Notes: a model not told the origin generated them from the letters alone. A DNA stretch of 64,000 nucleotides from Octopus sinensis (GCF_006345805.1 NC_042998.1:164362001-164426000); one strand, 5' to 3'. Shown: positions 38,165 to 51,356, counted from the stretch's first letter. Numbers and translations are program-made.

Positions 38165-38229
38165 ATATATATATATATATCATTGATTATTATAGCATTG
38201 CTAATCAGAAACTATTGTGTGCCTTCATT

Positions 38230-38263
<34 letters not shown>

Positions 38264-38317
38264 CATACATACATACACACGTACAAACAAACATACATAC
38301 ATACATACATACATACA

Positions 38318-38386
<69 letters not shown>

Positions 38387-38641
38387 TATCAAAGGGAAAT
38401 GGAATTAAATTTAAAATATTCAATCAAAATTTACATTTCCAGCGGTCTAACGTGCAAAAAAAATTAGTCAAGAAGACTATATATTAGTTATACGATATAG
38501 TGCATATTTATACACATAAGGAATCCACTTAGTGTGAGATTCAGCACATTAGAGAGAACATCTAGGTTCTATAAACCACAAAAATAACGGATAAAATTCG
38601 ACAGGAATAAATTTGGAAATGAAAAACATTTAGCATCTAGT

Positions 38642-38719
38642 ACCCCGGACCAAATTGGTTTCTGATCTTCTTTTAGCAAGTCGGGGGAGCTCGCAAGGTC
38701 TGATCTTCTTCGGCGAGGT
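38642..38719 (-). ncRNA. Type I hammerhead ribozyme motif, copy 1 (core CCGAAGA)
   Basis: Stem I ACCTCG/CGGGGT, stem II GATC/GATC with inner GCGAG/CTTGC, GAAA, stem III CCAATTTGG, GUC site. Confidence 0.7.
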
Positions 38720-39142
38720 CCAACCTAGGGTTAAACGTATAAGAGACAGAAGACAAGCACCGCTACTTGTCTCGTGTTTATACGAACTAACTTTTCAAAT
38801 TTTTCTGCGCAATAGAAGTCCTATCGTTGGCTACAATAAAAACCGCCAACTTTAACCGAAAATTATCCAAAAAGTTATAATGTTAATCATTCAAAGAGAA
38901 ATGGAATTTAATTAAATTTAAAATATTCAATCAAAATTCCATTCCTGTGGTCTAACGTGCAAAAGAAATAGTCAAGAAGACTATATATTGTATACGATAT
39001 AGTGCATATTTATACACATAAGGAATCCACTTAGTGTGAGATTCAGCACATTAGAGAAACATCTAGGTTCTATAAACACACAAAATAACGGATAAAATTC
39101 GACAGGAATAAATTTGGAAATGAAAAACATTTAGCATCTAGT

Positions 39143-39220
39143 ACCCCGGACCAAATTGGTTTCTGATCTTCTTTTAGCAAGTCGGGGGAGCTCGCAAGGT
39201 CTGATCTTCTTCGGCGAGGT
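39143..39220 (-). ncRNA. Type I hammerhead ribozyme motif, copy 2
   Basis: Identical to 38642-38719. Confidence 0.7.
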
Positions 39221-39689
39221 CCAACCTAGGGTTAAACGTATAAGAGACAGAAGACAAGCACCGCTACTTGTCTCGTGTTTATACGAACTAACTTTTCAAA
39301 TTTTTCTGCGCAATAGAAGTCCTATCGTTGGCTACAATAAAAACCGCCAACTTTAACCGAAAATTATCCAAAAAGTTATAATGTTTAATCATATCAAAGA
39401 GAAATGGAATTTAATTAAATTTAAAATATTCAATCAAAATTTACATTTCCTGTGGTCTAACGTGCAAAAGAAATTAGTCAAGAAGACTATATATTAGTCA
39501 TACGATATAGCGTATATTTATACACATAAGGAATCCACTTAGTGTGAGATTCAGCACATTAGAGAGAACATCTAGGTTCTATGAACCACAAAAATAACGG
39601 ATATAGAACCTAAATGTTCTCTCTAATGTGCTGAATCTCACACTAAGTGGATTCCTTATGTGTATAAATATGCACTATATCGTATAACT

Positions 39690-39761
<72 letters not shown>

Positions 39762-39971
39762 TATATATATATAATAGTATATATATATATATGTATATAT
39801 ATATGTATATATATATGTATATATATATGTATATATATATGTATATATATATGTATATATTTATGATATATATATGTATATATATATGTATATATATATA
39901 TATATATTATATATATATATATATTATATATATATATAATATATAATATATATATAATATATATATATATA

Positions 39972-40123
39972 TGTACTCTTTCACCACTCTTTCTCCCACT
40001 CTTTCTTCTGTTGGCTGCTTGCTTAGCCAGTGGGGTGGCGTCATTCGAAGGCTAAAACAATGCGAACGCATTGTGACCAGCGATGTGTACAACAACATCT
40101 GATGGTCTAGTCGGTCATGTGAT

Positions 40124-40130
<7 letters not shown>
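39972..40130 (-). mobile_element. Short interspersed repeat (probable LINE/SINE 3' end) after a long (TA)n tract
   Basis: Structured GC-richer block ending gtgatcacgtgat between microsatellites. Family not firmly identified. Confidence 0.45.
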
Positions 40131-40155
<25 letters not shown>

Positions 40156-40489
40156 TTAATAACACGAAATAGCAGGCTTAAATAGCGAAGTAAAACATTT
40201 GTTTCTGCTCAGACACTCGCTTTAAGTCGCTGAGTATACATTTATATATCATATACAAGAATGTTCTTTAGAATAACTATATACATAAGATTCAGCGACT
40301 GCTGTGTGCTGGTGCTTCCTCATGCAGAATGCGATTAAGAACTGTCGGATTTCTTTGAGTTTCCTTAGATATACCATGTCTATTACTACTCATCAACCAC
40401 TTCATAATCAGTTAAATACAAAAACAATTAGCATTTTCTTAAAGCATTAACTGCCTCGACACGAAGTCTCTTATCTTTTATTTCTCTTT

Positions 40490-40905
40490 TACCTGTTTCA
40501 GTCATTGGACTCTGGCTATGGTGAAGCTCTGCTTTGAATGATTTGCGGCAAACAAATTGACCCTAGTACATGTTTTGCTTTGTTTTTGGAAATCTGGGGT
40601 GCAAAGAAGCCAACACCGGTTAACAAGCAGCCGTAGGGACAAACACAAACACAAAGCATACACACACACACACACACACACCACACCACACCACACCACA
40701 CCACACCACACCACACCACACATTCACATTCACATATATACGTATATGTGACTGACTTACACTTTCCGTCTACGCAATTCACTTACAAGGCATTGGTTAG
40801 ACCGGGGCTATAGTAAAACCTACTTACCTAAGGTGCCAGGCAGTGAGGCTGAACAAGCAGTAACGTGTTTGCTAAGCGAGCTTCTTAACCACACAGCCAT
40901 ACCTG
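40490..40905 (-). mobile_element. Decayed SINE family B
   Basis: Tail, internal (CA)/(CACAC)n and head ...cttaaccacacagccat. Confidence 0.75.
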
Positions 40906-41326
40906 CACCTATATATAAAATAATCTAAAAGTGAGTTGTAGCTGAATGGAAGGAATGAAGACTCCAATATCCCCTTGTAAGCACAGTAAAAGTACTAAGG
41001 AAACCAAACTAAATACCACAATTTCATCGTAACAAGCCTAATGGTGATATCGAAATTTTGTTGTAATAATACCAACGATGATACGGAAAGTTTGTTGTAA
41101 CAAGACCAACGATGGTATCGAAAAAAATAACTATATTTTACTGAGGGAGAATACATTTAAAGCATTACAGCCACTCCTTCAAAACCAGAAATGAAATATA
41201 TTCCATCTCTCTGTCCCAGTAGATATGAAAATTGGAATTTATAATATCCCTATCACATGGTATATTGTTGAACACACTGCACCACGCTGTAATGGAAGTT
41301 ATCTTGCTGAGAAATATATAAGCACA

Positions 41327-41398
41327 GGAGCGGCTGTGTGGTAAGTATCTTGCTTTACAACCACATGGTTCCGGGTTTATTCCTACTGCGTGGTCACG

Positions 41399-41432
<34 letters not shown>

Positions 41433-41893
41433 AACATATATATATGTGAACATAATTATTATATTTCTATATGAATAATATTTTGTCTAATGACTAATTC
41501 GTCTTTTGTGCTAGGCCACTGGTAATAATAACCTATGTTATTACCCTTTTGATTATGTTCACATATTACTTGATAAATTTGTTCGTAAAATTTTTTACCG
41601 GCATGCCCTATGTTGCCGGGTATATTTTGCGTCTGCGCAGAAGTTTGAAAAGTTAAGATATACAAATTGTTAGACCGACATGTGCTCTAACGCTCTGTGC
41701 ATCTAGAATTAGGAAGGCGTCCCGCTGACGAACCTTGCCTTAGCAAACATATTCTGTCTGTTTTGCTAGAAAGAGGTAGAAACTGATCAGTCCGGAATAT
41801 ATCGTTAATGGTAAATGTTTTTGATTTTCATTCTCTCCATGAATTATCCCTCCTTGTGTCTCTAGCACTAAGCTTCCTATTTTGGGAGCCTTT

Positions 41894-41974
<81 letters not shown>

Positions 41975-42215
41975 GTGGTGTGTGTGCGTGCGTGGTGTGT
42001 ATGTATATGTATATGTTTGTGTGTCTGTTTGTTCCCCCAACATCGCTTGACGACCGATCCTGGTGTGCTTACGTCTCCGTAACTTTACGGGTCGACAAAA
42101 AAGACCGATTGAATAAGTACTAGGTTACAATGAATAAGTCCTGGGGGTCGATTTGTTCGACTAAAAGCGGTGCTCCAGCATGGTCGCAGTCAAATGACTG
42201 AAACGAAAAAGAAAA
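41327..42215 (+). mobile_element. SINE family B split by a hammerhead-bearing element (41455-41895) in its internal (TA)n
   Basis: Head 41327-41400, tail about 42005-42215. The insert shares tgtgctaggccac and tgcgcagaa.tttgaaaagtta with the 37-39 kb repeats. Confidence 0.8.
41720..41797 (+). ncRNA. Type I hammerhead ribozyme motif
   Basis: TCCCG/CGGAA stem I (one mismatch), CTGACGA (41725-41731), stem II ACCT/AGGT plus TAGCAAA/TTTGCTA, GAAA, palindromic CTGATCAG, GUC cleavage after 41792. Confidence 0.72.
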
Positions 42216-42443
42216 TAAAAAAGAAAAAAAGAAACGCGTATTTATGTGAGACCCACAAGTGACATGCGGATATCTAGTTGCTTATATTTCTGTTGCCATA
42301 AACCTGCGCACGCGCCCGCGAATGTTTGTGTGCGTGCGCATGTTTAATCTTCTCTTCTGTGAATTTCCTATTCTCTCATCCTAACTTTCTGCCTGTGGCC
42401 TACGTGTATATAGATGTTTGCATATGCATATGTGTGTATATAT

Positions 42444-42484
<41 letters not shown>

Positions 42485-42623
42485 GTGGTGTTTTTTTGCT
42501 TGGTTATTCACTTCAAAACGATCAGTTGGCCATGACTGATTTAAAGATTCGCTTCAGTGATTGCATTAACTGATATTCCTCTCCATGCCCTCTTTGAATT
42601 TTTTCTTTCCCTTCTCTCTGTCT

Positions 42624-42660
<37 letters not shown>

Positions 42661-43071
42661 CTCTTTCTCTCTTGCCCTCTTTCTCCCTTCCTCTCTTTCT
42701 TTCTCTCTGTTTCTCTCTCTTGCTCAATGTCCATTTCCCTCTCTCAACTCCTACATAATTCGTGAGTTTCTTTTACAATACAGAACGGCCCCGCTGATAT
42801 TTACTGCCCACTTTGACTTAATGACTTCAATTTATTGCCTTCTAAAACGCTATTGATCTCGGTTTCTTTGCCCCCGCCACATTGTATTCACAAACGTTTA
42901 CTTGTAGTTTGAACTTAGACACTGAATGGTGGATACAGTAATGAATACGTGGTTGATAGGAAAGAGACCGATTAGATGTAGGCAGGTGTGGTTGCTATAG
43001 CAGTTCCGCCCATGGATTTCCACTCAACACCTGTAGAATAGTCAAAGAACAAAAAAAAAAAGTGAAAAAGC

Positions 43072-43110
<39 letters not shown>

Positions 43111-44068
43111 TAATAATAATAATAATAATAATAAACTGAAGAAATGAATAATGCTATATAACTACATGTGAATAAAATCTAGGTTATTTCCGCAGTTTCG
43201 AACTTCGAATGAAATAATAAATATTCTTTGAAAAACATGAACATTGCAATGTTTAATTTCCCGTTCGCATAGGAAACAGAAGTTGATTTATATGTTTATT
43301 TACTTATTTAACGCTGTCCTAAATGAGAAAATCTGTTCAGTTTTTCATTTTAAAAGGACTATTTTTTTCTTTTTTGCGATTGCCCGGATATAGGTTGAAC
43401 AAAATTTAATTATTGCTTTTATTTGCCCAGCCCACTTTTATAGCGGTCAGCTCTGCTAGAACTGCAAGAGAGATTTATTAATGCCCTAAAACAATAGAAT
43501 CCGAGGAAAGTAGTAGTGTTAAGCGTCGGCAAATAGTAATAGAACTAATTCTGACAGTAGAATAAATTGTTATTCCGTATGAATGAAGAGAATTTTATCG
43601 GTTGCAGGCTGATGAAGGGTTCAACACGAAACGTCGTATTCACTGCGTTAAATGTATTCGACCTTTTGGACTATTTGTGCTTTGTTGTCAGGCCCTATAC
43701 CGCCTTTGTCTCTCACTTGTCTCTGCTTACATACCCGCCTGCTTCTTTCTCTTCTCTCACACTCTCTCCTTTCTTTCTCTTTCTGACTTCGTGTGTGCGC
43801 GAGTGTGTGCGCGAGTGTGCGCGCGAGCGAGCGCGTCTGCACCGCACAATGGGTCTAAACTCAAGATGACATGGTTGGAGTGCAAACTTCTCAACCACGT
43901 GATTTCGAGTTCAATCTCACTGTGCGGTACCTTGACCAAGTGTCTTTATTATAGCTCCGAGCTGACCAATATCTTATGAGTGAATTTGGTTGAGAGAAAC
44001 TGTGTAGAAGTTTGGTGTGTGTGTGTATTTACACATACCCCTCCACACATATATATATGTAGATATAG

Positions 44069-44112
<44 letters not shown>

Positions 44113-44212
44113 NNNNNNNNNNNNNNNNNNNNNNNNNNNNNNNNNNNNNNNNNNNNNNNNNNNNNNNNNNNNNNNNNNNNNNNNNNNNNNNNNNNNNNNN
44201 NNNNNNNNNNNN
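44113..44212. other. Assembly gap (100 N) next to a (GATA)n tract
   Basis: Run of N. Confidence 0.99.
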
Positions 44213-44690
44213 GTTGCTACACAAGGATAAAAATTATATTGCACTGTTATCTTCTATAGCCCGACGCTATAGAAGAAGACACTTGTCCAAGTTGCCAGGC
44301 AGTGAGACTAAACCCGGAACTATGTGGTTGGGAAGCAAAGCTAGCTGGCAGAGCCGTTAGCACGCCAGGCAAAATGTTCACGTTCTGAGTTCAAATTAGG
44401 TCGAGGTCGACTTTGCCTTAACATCTGTTAAGCATTAGTTGAACACTGAAGTAAATGCAATCCACAAGCCCCATTGCATCCCTCTTTAAAAATTTACTCA
44501 TTGTTAAAAGAATTAATAATAATATTCCTTTCTGCTTAGGGCACAAGGCCTGAAATTTAGAGGGAAGGGAAAATCGATTACATCAACCCCAGTACTTGAC
44601 TGGGGTTCTTATTTTATTGACCCCCAACCAAAAATAAATAAATAAAAAAAAAAAATGAAAGACAAAGTCTCTGCCTTAATTATGTTAACA

Positions 44691-45163
44691 CTAGCAGTAT
44701 CGCCCGGCGTTGCTCGGGTTTGTAAGGGAAATAACTATATAAGCAATTTTAGAGAGTTACTTCCCTTATAGATGCCAATTCGGGCTTTCTTAGCCATTTC
44801 TGTTTTGATGTCTTCAAGCCATGAAGTCGTTGTTTTAAAAGAACGCTGGTCTCCTTGACAACGCTTTACGACATTGATTTCCTTACACTCCCTTCCCCAC
44901 AGCTTCACGAGGGAGGGAAGAAGGGGGAGAAGCAAACAGGTGCAGGTGTGACCATGGACGCCAACTCCGCCGCCATCGACACACGAAAAATTATGCATTA
45001 AAATGGAATAAAAAATGATGTTAAATTATTTTTAAAATCGTAGACTCATCGTAGACGCGCGACCCGAATTTGGTTAAACTGCACCGCAAAATGTGGGAGT
45101 AGTTAGGAATCTAAATCGAAGGGGACAGACACTCACACAACTACAGTTTTATATATATATGGA
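44691..45163 (-). mobile_element. Complete non-autonomous Helitron, second copy (473 bp)
   Basis: Same TC...hairpin-CTAG ends as 12976-13479. Differs by a ~45-bp internal deletion and a short insertion. Confidence 0.88.
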
Positions 45164-46167
45164 TATTACTAAAGATGGCAAAGCGGCGAGTTGTTAGAAC
45201 AGTTTCTGCGTTGTAGAAAAATGCTTAGCGGCATTTCTTCCGATTTTACCTTCTGTGTTCAAATACTACCTGGGTGACTTTGACTTTCATACTTTCAGGG
45301 TTGTTAACGTATGTACCAGTTTAGACTTACCCCTGGCCTTGTGTGTGTGTGTGTGTGTGTTCATGCATATTCTTTAGTGTAGATTTAAACATCACAGACA
45401 AAGCTAAGCTGGAGAACCGACTTCATTACCACGATTACATTTGTCCTATAAAATTCGTGAAAGCACGTTGGCTAATGTTTAGGGAATTGCACTCATGATC
45501 GTAAGGTCGTGGTTTCGATTCCTAGATCAGGCGATGCGTTGTATTCTTGTGCAAAAAACACTTCATTTCACGTTGATCTAGTAAATGAGTTTCCAGCAAT
45601 TAACGGGAAGTTGACCCTGCGACGGGCCGTCATCCCATTCAGAAGGGAGTGTTGCAATCTCCGTCACTTATACGCCGCCGTGGAAACCGGGTTAGGGTCT
45701 GGCCTTATGAGGCCTAGAGCCCATGACAAACCCCAGTCTCAGTAACAAAAAAGGTGGTGGGGAATAAAATGAGTGAACATTGATTTCTTCTTCCAGCATG
45801 TTCCTAGCCAGCACGGGAAAATATAGCTGATGAAACTAATATGAGGTATGTCCAATAATATAGATTCATACTATGAAGATGGCAATCTTGTATTAGTGCA
45901 CGAATGAAGTAGGACCTTCGAATTTCCATTTTCCTTCTGTTGAGAATTCGACACAGAACCTGACCCCAAGCAACTTTTAGCATTTGAGTAGGGTTGGCGA
46001 TCGGGTTAGGAAAGATTGCTCAAGTAGATCACAATTAATTTCTTTGAATTCTGTTTCGTCTTTTCATATTTTTTAGAAGTCAGCTTTTCATGAAAGGTAA
46101 ACGTCCTTCAGATTTTCTGTTTATAAACTATGTTTTGGCACACCACCAAATTCTTCCTTTTCCTACT

Positions 46168-46242
<75 letters not shown>

Positions 46243-46550
46243 GTCTATCTATCTACCTATCTATCTATGTATCTATCTATCTATCTTTATCCCCTATTTA
46301 TCCGTCCCTAACTACGCCGAACAACTTGGTAGCATTTATATATAATATCTCTCTAAGCTATTGGCATAGTTATTTTCCTAGTGGACGTTTAGCCACAGTT
46401 GTTGTTCATGTAATAGCTAGCCAAGCAAATATGCTTGCATATACATCTGCTATATTTGGAACATGACCATAGATGTTTTCCTGGAAAATGTGAACTTCTT
46501 ACATTTCTATATGCACATATATTCCGAACATATATGTAAGCATGAATACA

Positions 46551-46593
<43 letters not shown>

Positions 46594-46626
46594 CGGCTAT
46601 CTATCTATCTATCTATCTATCTATCC

Positions 46627-46706
<80 letters not shown>

Positions 46707-47586
46707 GTCTGTCTGTCTATGTATCTATCTATCTAACTAACTAGCTAACTAACTAACTAACTGACTGACTTACTAACTAGGTATATGGCTAGCTGGCTAA
46801 TTACTATATTTGTTTAACAACCTACATACCTAGCTAGTAACCTTCTTACCAATCTCTCAATCTATCTACTTGCCTCTAACTCTCTTTCTCTCTCTCTCTT
46901 TCTCCCCCTCTCTCTCTCTCCCTGTATGTGTACATACACACACACCTATACATACATACAAACATACTTGTATATATATGTAATTCATATATATATATAT
47001 ATTCCTAGTTATTTATCAAGTTACAGTCACAGCTAGTTTGCAAGCTAATCTATTTGCTTCAAAAATCTAACATTCTTTTCCTTCTTCTATGGTGAAATAA
47101 TACTACATTAGAAATTTGATGGAAGATAAGTATTTTTTTTTCCGGAGGAAAATAATCGATTCCATTACCTAGAAAAGTAAATGAAGAATCGAGAAACATA
47201 TTAAATCATATCGAAGGTTACTCTGCTTCGACGAATAAAAAATTAATTCCGAATTAACCTGCGTGACCTCGTACATCTATTCCATTAGACACACCACAGA
47301 ATATGGTTTCCGAACAACTATACTGTATATTCATAAAAAGACATACATCAGTCTGACACTTGCATATACATGCTGTCGTGTATAAACACATGCACGTGCA
47401 GGCAGATGGATACATTCAGATGTAGAAAAGTACTTGTGCAGAGAGATGTGACACCAATATCTTGTAGAAAAGTACATTCAACAGCCTTCGGTTACGCTCA
47501 AACACGTATATGTATATATGCTTTCATGCAGATGAATGCACTTACCTACACTTTACACACAGATATATAAAGCAATCCATATATCA

Positions 47587-48135
47587 GGAGTGGCTGAGTG
47601 GTAAGTAGCTTGCTTACCAACCACATGGTTCCGGGTTCAGTCCCACTGCGTGGCACCTTGGGCAAGTGTCTTCTACTATAGCCTCGGGCCGACCAAAGCC
47701 TTGTGAGTGGATTTGGTAGATGGAAACTGAAAGAAGCCCGTCGTATATATATATATATATATATATAGGTACAATAAATTCAGGGTGAATACTTGATAAA
47801 TGTAAACACCTGTATATGTCAGCTAGTAGCAGAGGTGAGAGGATATATGTATCAAATGAAATAAAAGACAGAACACAAAGGATGTCGCGCTTACACACAT
47901 ACATACATACATACATACATACATACATACATAAATGTGTGTATATGTTTGTGTGTCTGTATTTGTCCCCCCAACATTGCTTGACAACCGATGCTGGTGT
48001 GTTTATGTCCTCGTAACTTAGCGGTTCGGCAAAAGATAGAATAAGTACTAGGCTTACAAAGAATAATTTCTGGGGTCGATTTGCTCGACTAACGGCGGTG
48101 TTCCAGCATGGTCACAATCACATGAATGAAATAAA
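47587..48135 (+). mobile_element. SINE family B with extra sequence in the internal microsatellite
   Basis: Well-preserved head (47587-47745), about 130 bp of unrelated sequence, then the tail. Confidence 0.88.
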
Positions 48136-48163
48136 TGAAAGAATATCTATCTATCTGTCTGTA

Positions 48164-48218
<55 letters not shown>

Positions 48219-49544
48219 ATATCTATATATATATATATATATATATATGTAGGTGAACATGGATGTGTGGACAAACGCTTACTTGCTTCCTAATCACATG
48301 ATCCTGGGTTTCTGTTGCACAGCGTAACGCCTTGGACGAGAGCCTTCTATCATAGCCCCGGCCGACCAACCTTTGTCCGTGGATTTGGTGTGTCATATAC
48401 TTTAAAACAATACGTGCTGGTGTCGATCTGTTCGACTAAACCCATCGTGGCGGTGCCCCAGCTTGGCTGCAGTCTAATAATTGAAGCAGAGAAATGATAA
48501 AATATACGAGTATAAACACACACGTACATGTAAGAGTTCGTGTATACAACTATACATACCAATACACTTTATATACGTAAATGTATGAATGTATGTATGT
48601 ATGTATGTATGTATGTATGTATGTATGTATGTATGTATGTATGTATGTATGTATGTACGTACGTACCTCTTGTACATTTTTAATCCCCCTTCTCTGCTCT
48701 AATAGCCACCAAACAACATAGCACTTCGTGATTTATTATTGCTAACAACTAAAAATAGATTCTTGAAATAACGAGTACATCATATAATAATTTCAGTAAA
48801 TGTTTTTTTTTTAAAAATGGCTTCTTAGAACTATCTAGAAACATAGAACCACTTATATAAGTAAGTCTCACGTAGTTACACACAGACACACATAACGTCA
48901 TACACAGGCATACGTACGTGTTTACGCACAAACACACATATATGCACGAAAGGAATTGGAAAAGATATGGAAGTAGGCAGTGAAGAAGAACGTGTACAGT
49001 GCGAGAGAAGAAAAGAGAGGATATACAACGACTGCATGAGAAAAATCCGATTGAAAATATCTACGCACATCATATGTATGTAGACAGCTACACTGACACA
49101 CGTACAAATACTTCGCGCAAATATACACTTATTCAATTAAGCAGATACGCACCCGCACGCATACATTTATTCATTTTGGCTGGCATACAATATGCACACA
49201 TACTCACACATTCCCATTCACATTCACATTCACATTCACACACATAGACACACACACGCACATACACTTACATATAAATGTATGTAAGTATGAATATACG
49301 TATGTAATTTCATTTACGAATACACATGTATGCTGAAAAAAAACAAACCAACAAACAAAAAACGAGATATTAAAACGAACTGACATAAAGAAAAATGGAC
49401 GTCCATTGTAGTTTGTATAGGAAGGAAATCTAAGAGTTCTATTAATAAGAAAGTGCTAACTTGTGACCTTTATGATTTTCTAAACACAAAATTAATTTGA
49501 ATGCTTCCAAATAAAATGAGAATCAATAATAATGATGATGATGA

Positions 49545-50225
49545 TGATTTCAAATTTTGACACGAGGCCAGCATTTTGGATGAAGAGATAAGTCGATTAA
49601 ATTGACCCCAGTATTCAACTGGTTTTCATTTAATTGTCCCCGAAAGAATGAAAAACAAAGTCAGCCTCGGCGGAACTTGAACTCAGAATGTAGAGCCGGA
49701 TGAAATGCCGTTAAGCATTTTTCCGGCGCGGTAACAGTTCTGCCAGCTTCTGGTCTTCATCATCATCCTGATAACAACAATAATCCTTTCTACTATAGGC
49801 ACAAGGCCTGAAATTTTGGGGAGAGGGGACTAGTCGATTACATCGACTCCAGTGTTTCACTGGTACTTATTTTACCGACCCAGAAAGGATGAAAGGCAAA
49901 TTCGACCTCGGCGGGATTTGAACTCAGAGCGTAGCGTCAGACGAAATGCCGCTAATCATTTCGTCCGGCGTGCTAACGATTCTTCCAGCTCGCCGCGTTA
50001 ATATTTATATTGACTTCCAATTTTGGCACAGGACCAGCAATTTCGGTTGAGGAGGTAAGTCGATTGCCTTGACACCAGTATTCAACTGGTACTTATTTTA
50101 TCAACTCCAAAAGGATGAATGTCATAGTCGTTCTCGGCGGAATTTGAACTCAGAATGTGAAGACAGACCAAAAGCTACCAAGCATTTTGTGCGGTGTGGT
50201 AACGATTATACCAGTTTGTCGCCTT
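49545..50225 (-). mobile_element. Cluster of three tandem SINE family A copies
   Basis: Three consecutive body/head matches in the same orientation. Confidence 0.85.
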
Positions 50226-50377
50226 AGAATTATTAAAAAATGTTTTCGAATGTTTTGGTAAGAAGCCAACAACTTCAAAGGGAAGGAAAAGTTGGTTATA
50301 TTGCCCCTTTTTTGTTTCACCTAACAGTGTGGATGTTTTGCGTTCTTGTCCCATTTTTGTATTATATATATATATAT

Positions 50378-50443
<66 letters not shown>

Positions 50444-50457
50444 CGTATGTATATGTT

Positions 50458-50826
50458 TGTGTGTCTGTGTTTGACCCCCCACCATCGCTTGACAACCAGT
50501 ATTGATGTGTATACGTCCCCGTAACTTAGCGGTTCGGCACAGGAATAAGTACTAGGCTTACAAAGAATAAGTCCTGGGGTCGATTTGTTCGACTAATGCC
50601 GGTGCTCCAGCATGGCTACAGTGAAATGACTGAACAAGTAACATTAAAAGAATAAAAGAATATATATATATATATATATATATTCTTTTATTATTTCAGT
50701 CATTTAGTCGAACAAATAGACCCCAGGACTTAATCAATCAGTCTTTTGCCGAACTTCTAGGATGCAAAGACGTAAACACACCAACATCGGTTGTCAAGCG
50801 ATAGTGGGGAGCAATCACAGGCACAC
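50458..50826. repeat. Tail-to-tail inverted pair of SINE B tails
   Basis: 50458-50660 (+) and 50681-50826 (-) are separated only by (TA)n. Confidence 0.85.
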
Positions 50827-50843
50827 TCGCGCACACACACACA

Positions 50844-50896
<53 letters not shown>

Positions 50897-51317
50897 ATAC
50901 AAGATAATACAAGAACGCAAAATATTCAGACAGTTAGGTGATACAAACAAGGGACAACAAATCATCCAGATAGACGATACAAAGAAAACAAGGACGGGCC
51001 ATTCGGAGTTTTCTTTCCTCAGTCGCGTTCCACATTATCTTTGCAATTTCGGCTGGTTATACTCAAGATACATATACGCAGTATGTATACACGCAGTAAT
51101 CCTTCAGCCATCACAAGTGTTACATTCCAAAATGCCCCGCGTTATGTGAAAATCCGCGAAGTAGAAACAGTATAGTACTGTATATTTTTTATCTTTTTTA
51201 TAATTTGTATATATGTATTATTTTATAAATGCAAAACAACACCACAGAGGAATCGACTTAAGCATAAATTCTAAACCGCGATAGGTGAACCGTGATATGG
51301 CAAGGGATTACTGTATG

Positions 51318-51354
<37 letters not shown>

Positions 51355-51356
<2 letters not shown>

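Larger units (their letters stand above)
38383..39689 (-). mobile_element. Hammerhead-bearing ~503-bp tandem repeat (2.4 copies) plus an 88-bp inverted segment
   Basis: Units start at 38383, 38886 and 39388. 39602-39689 is the reverse complement of 38486-38573. (TA)n on both flanks. Confidence 0.9.
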
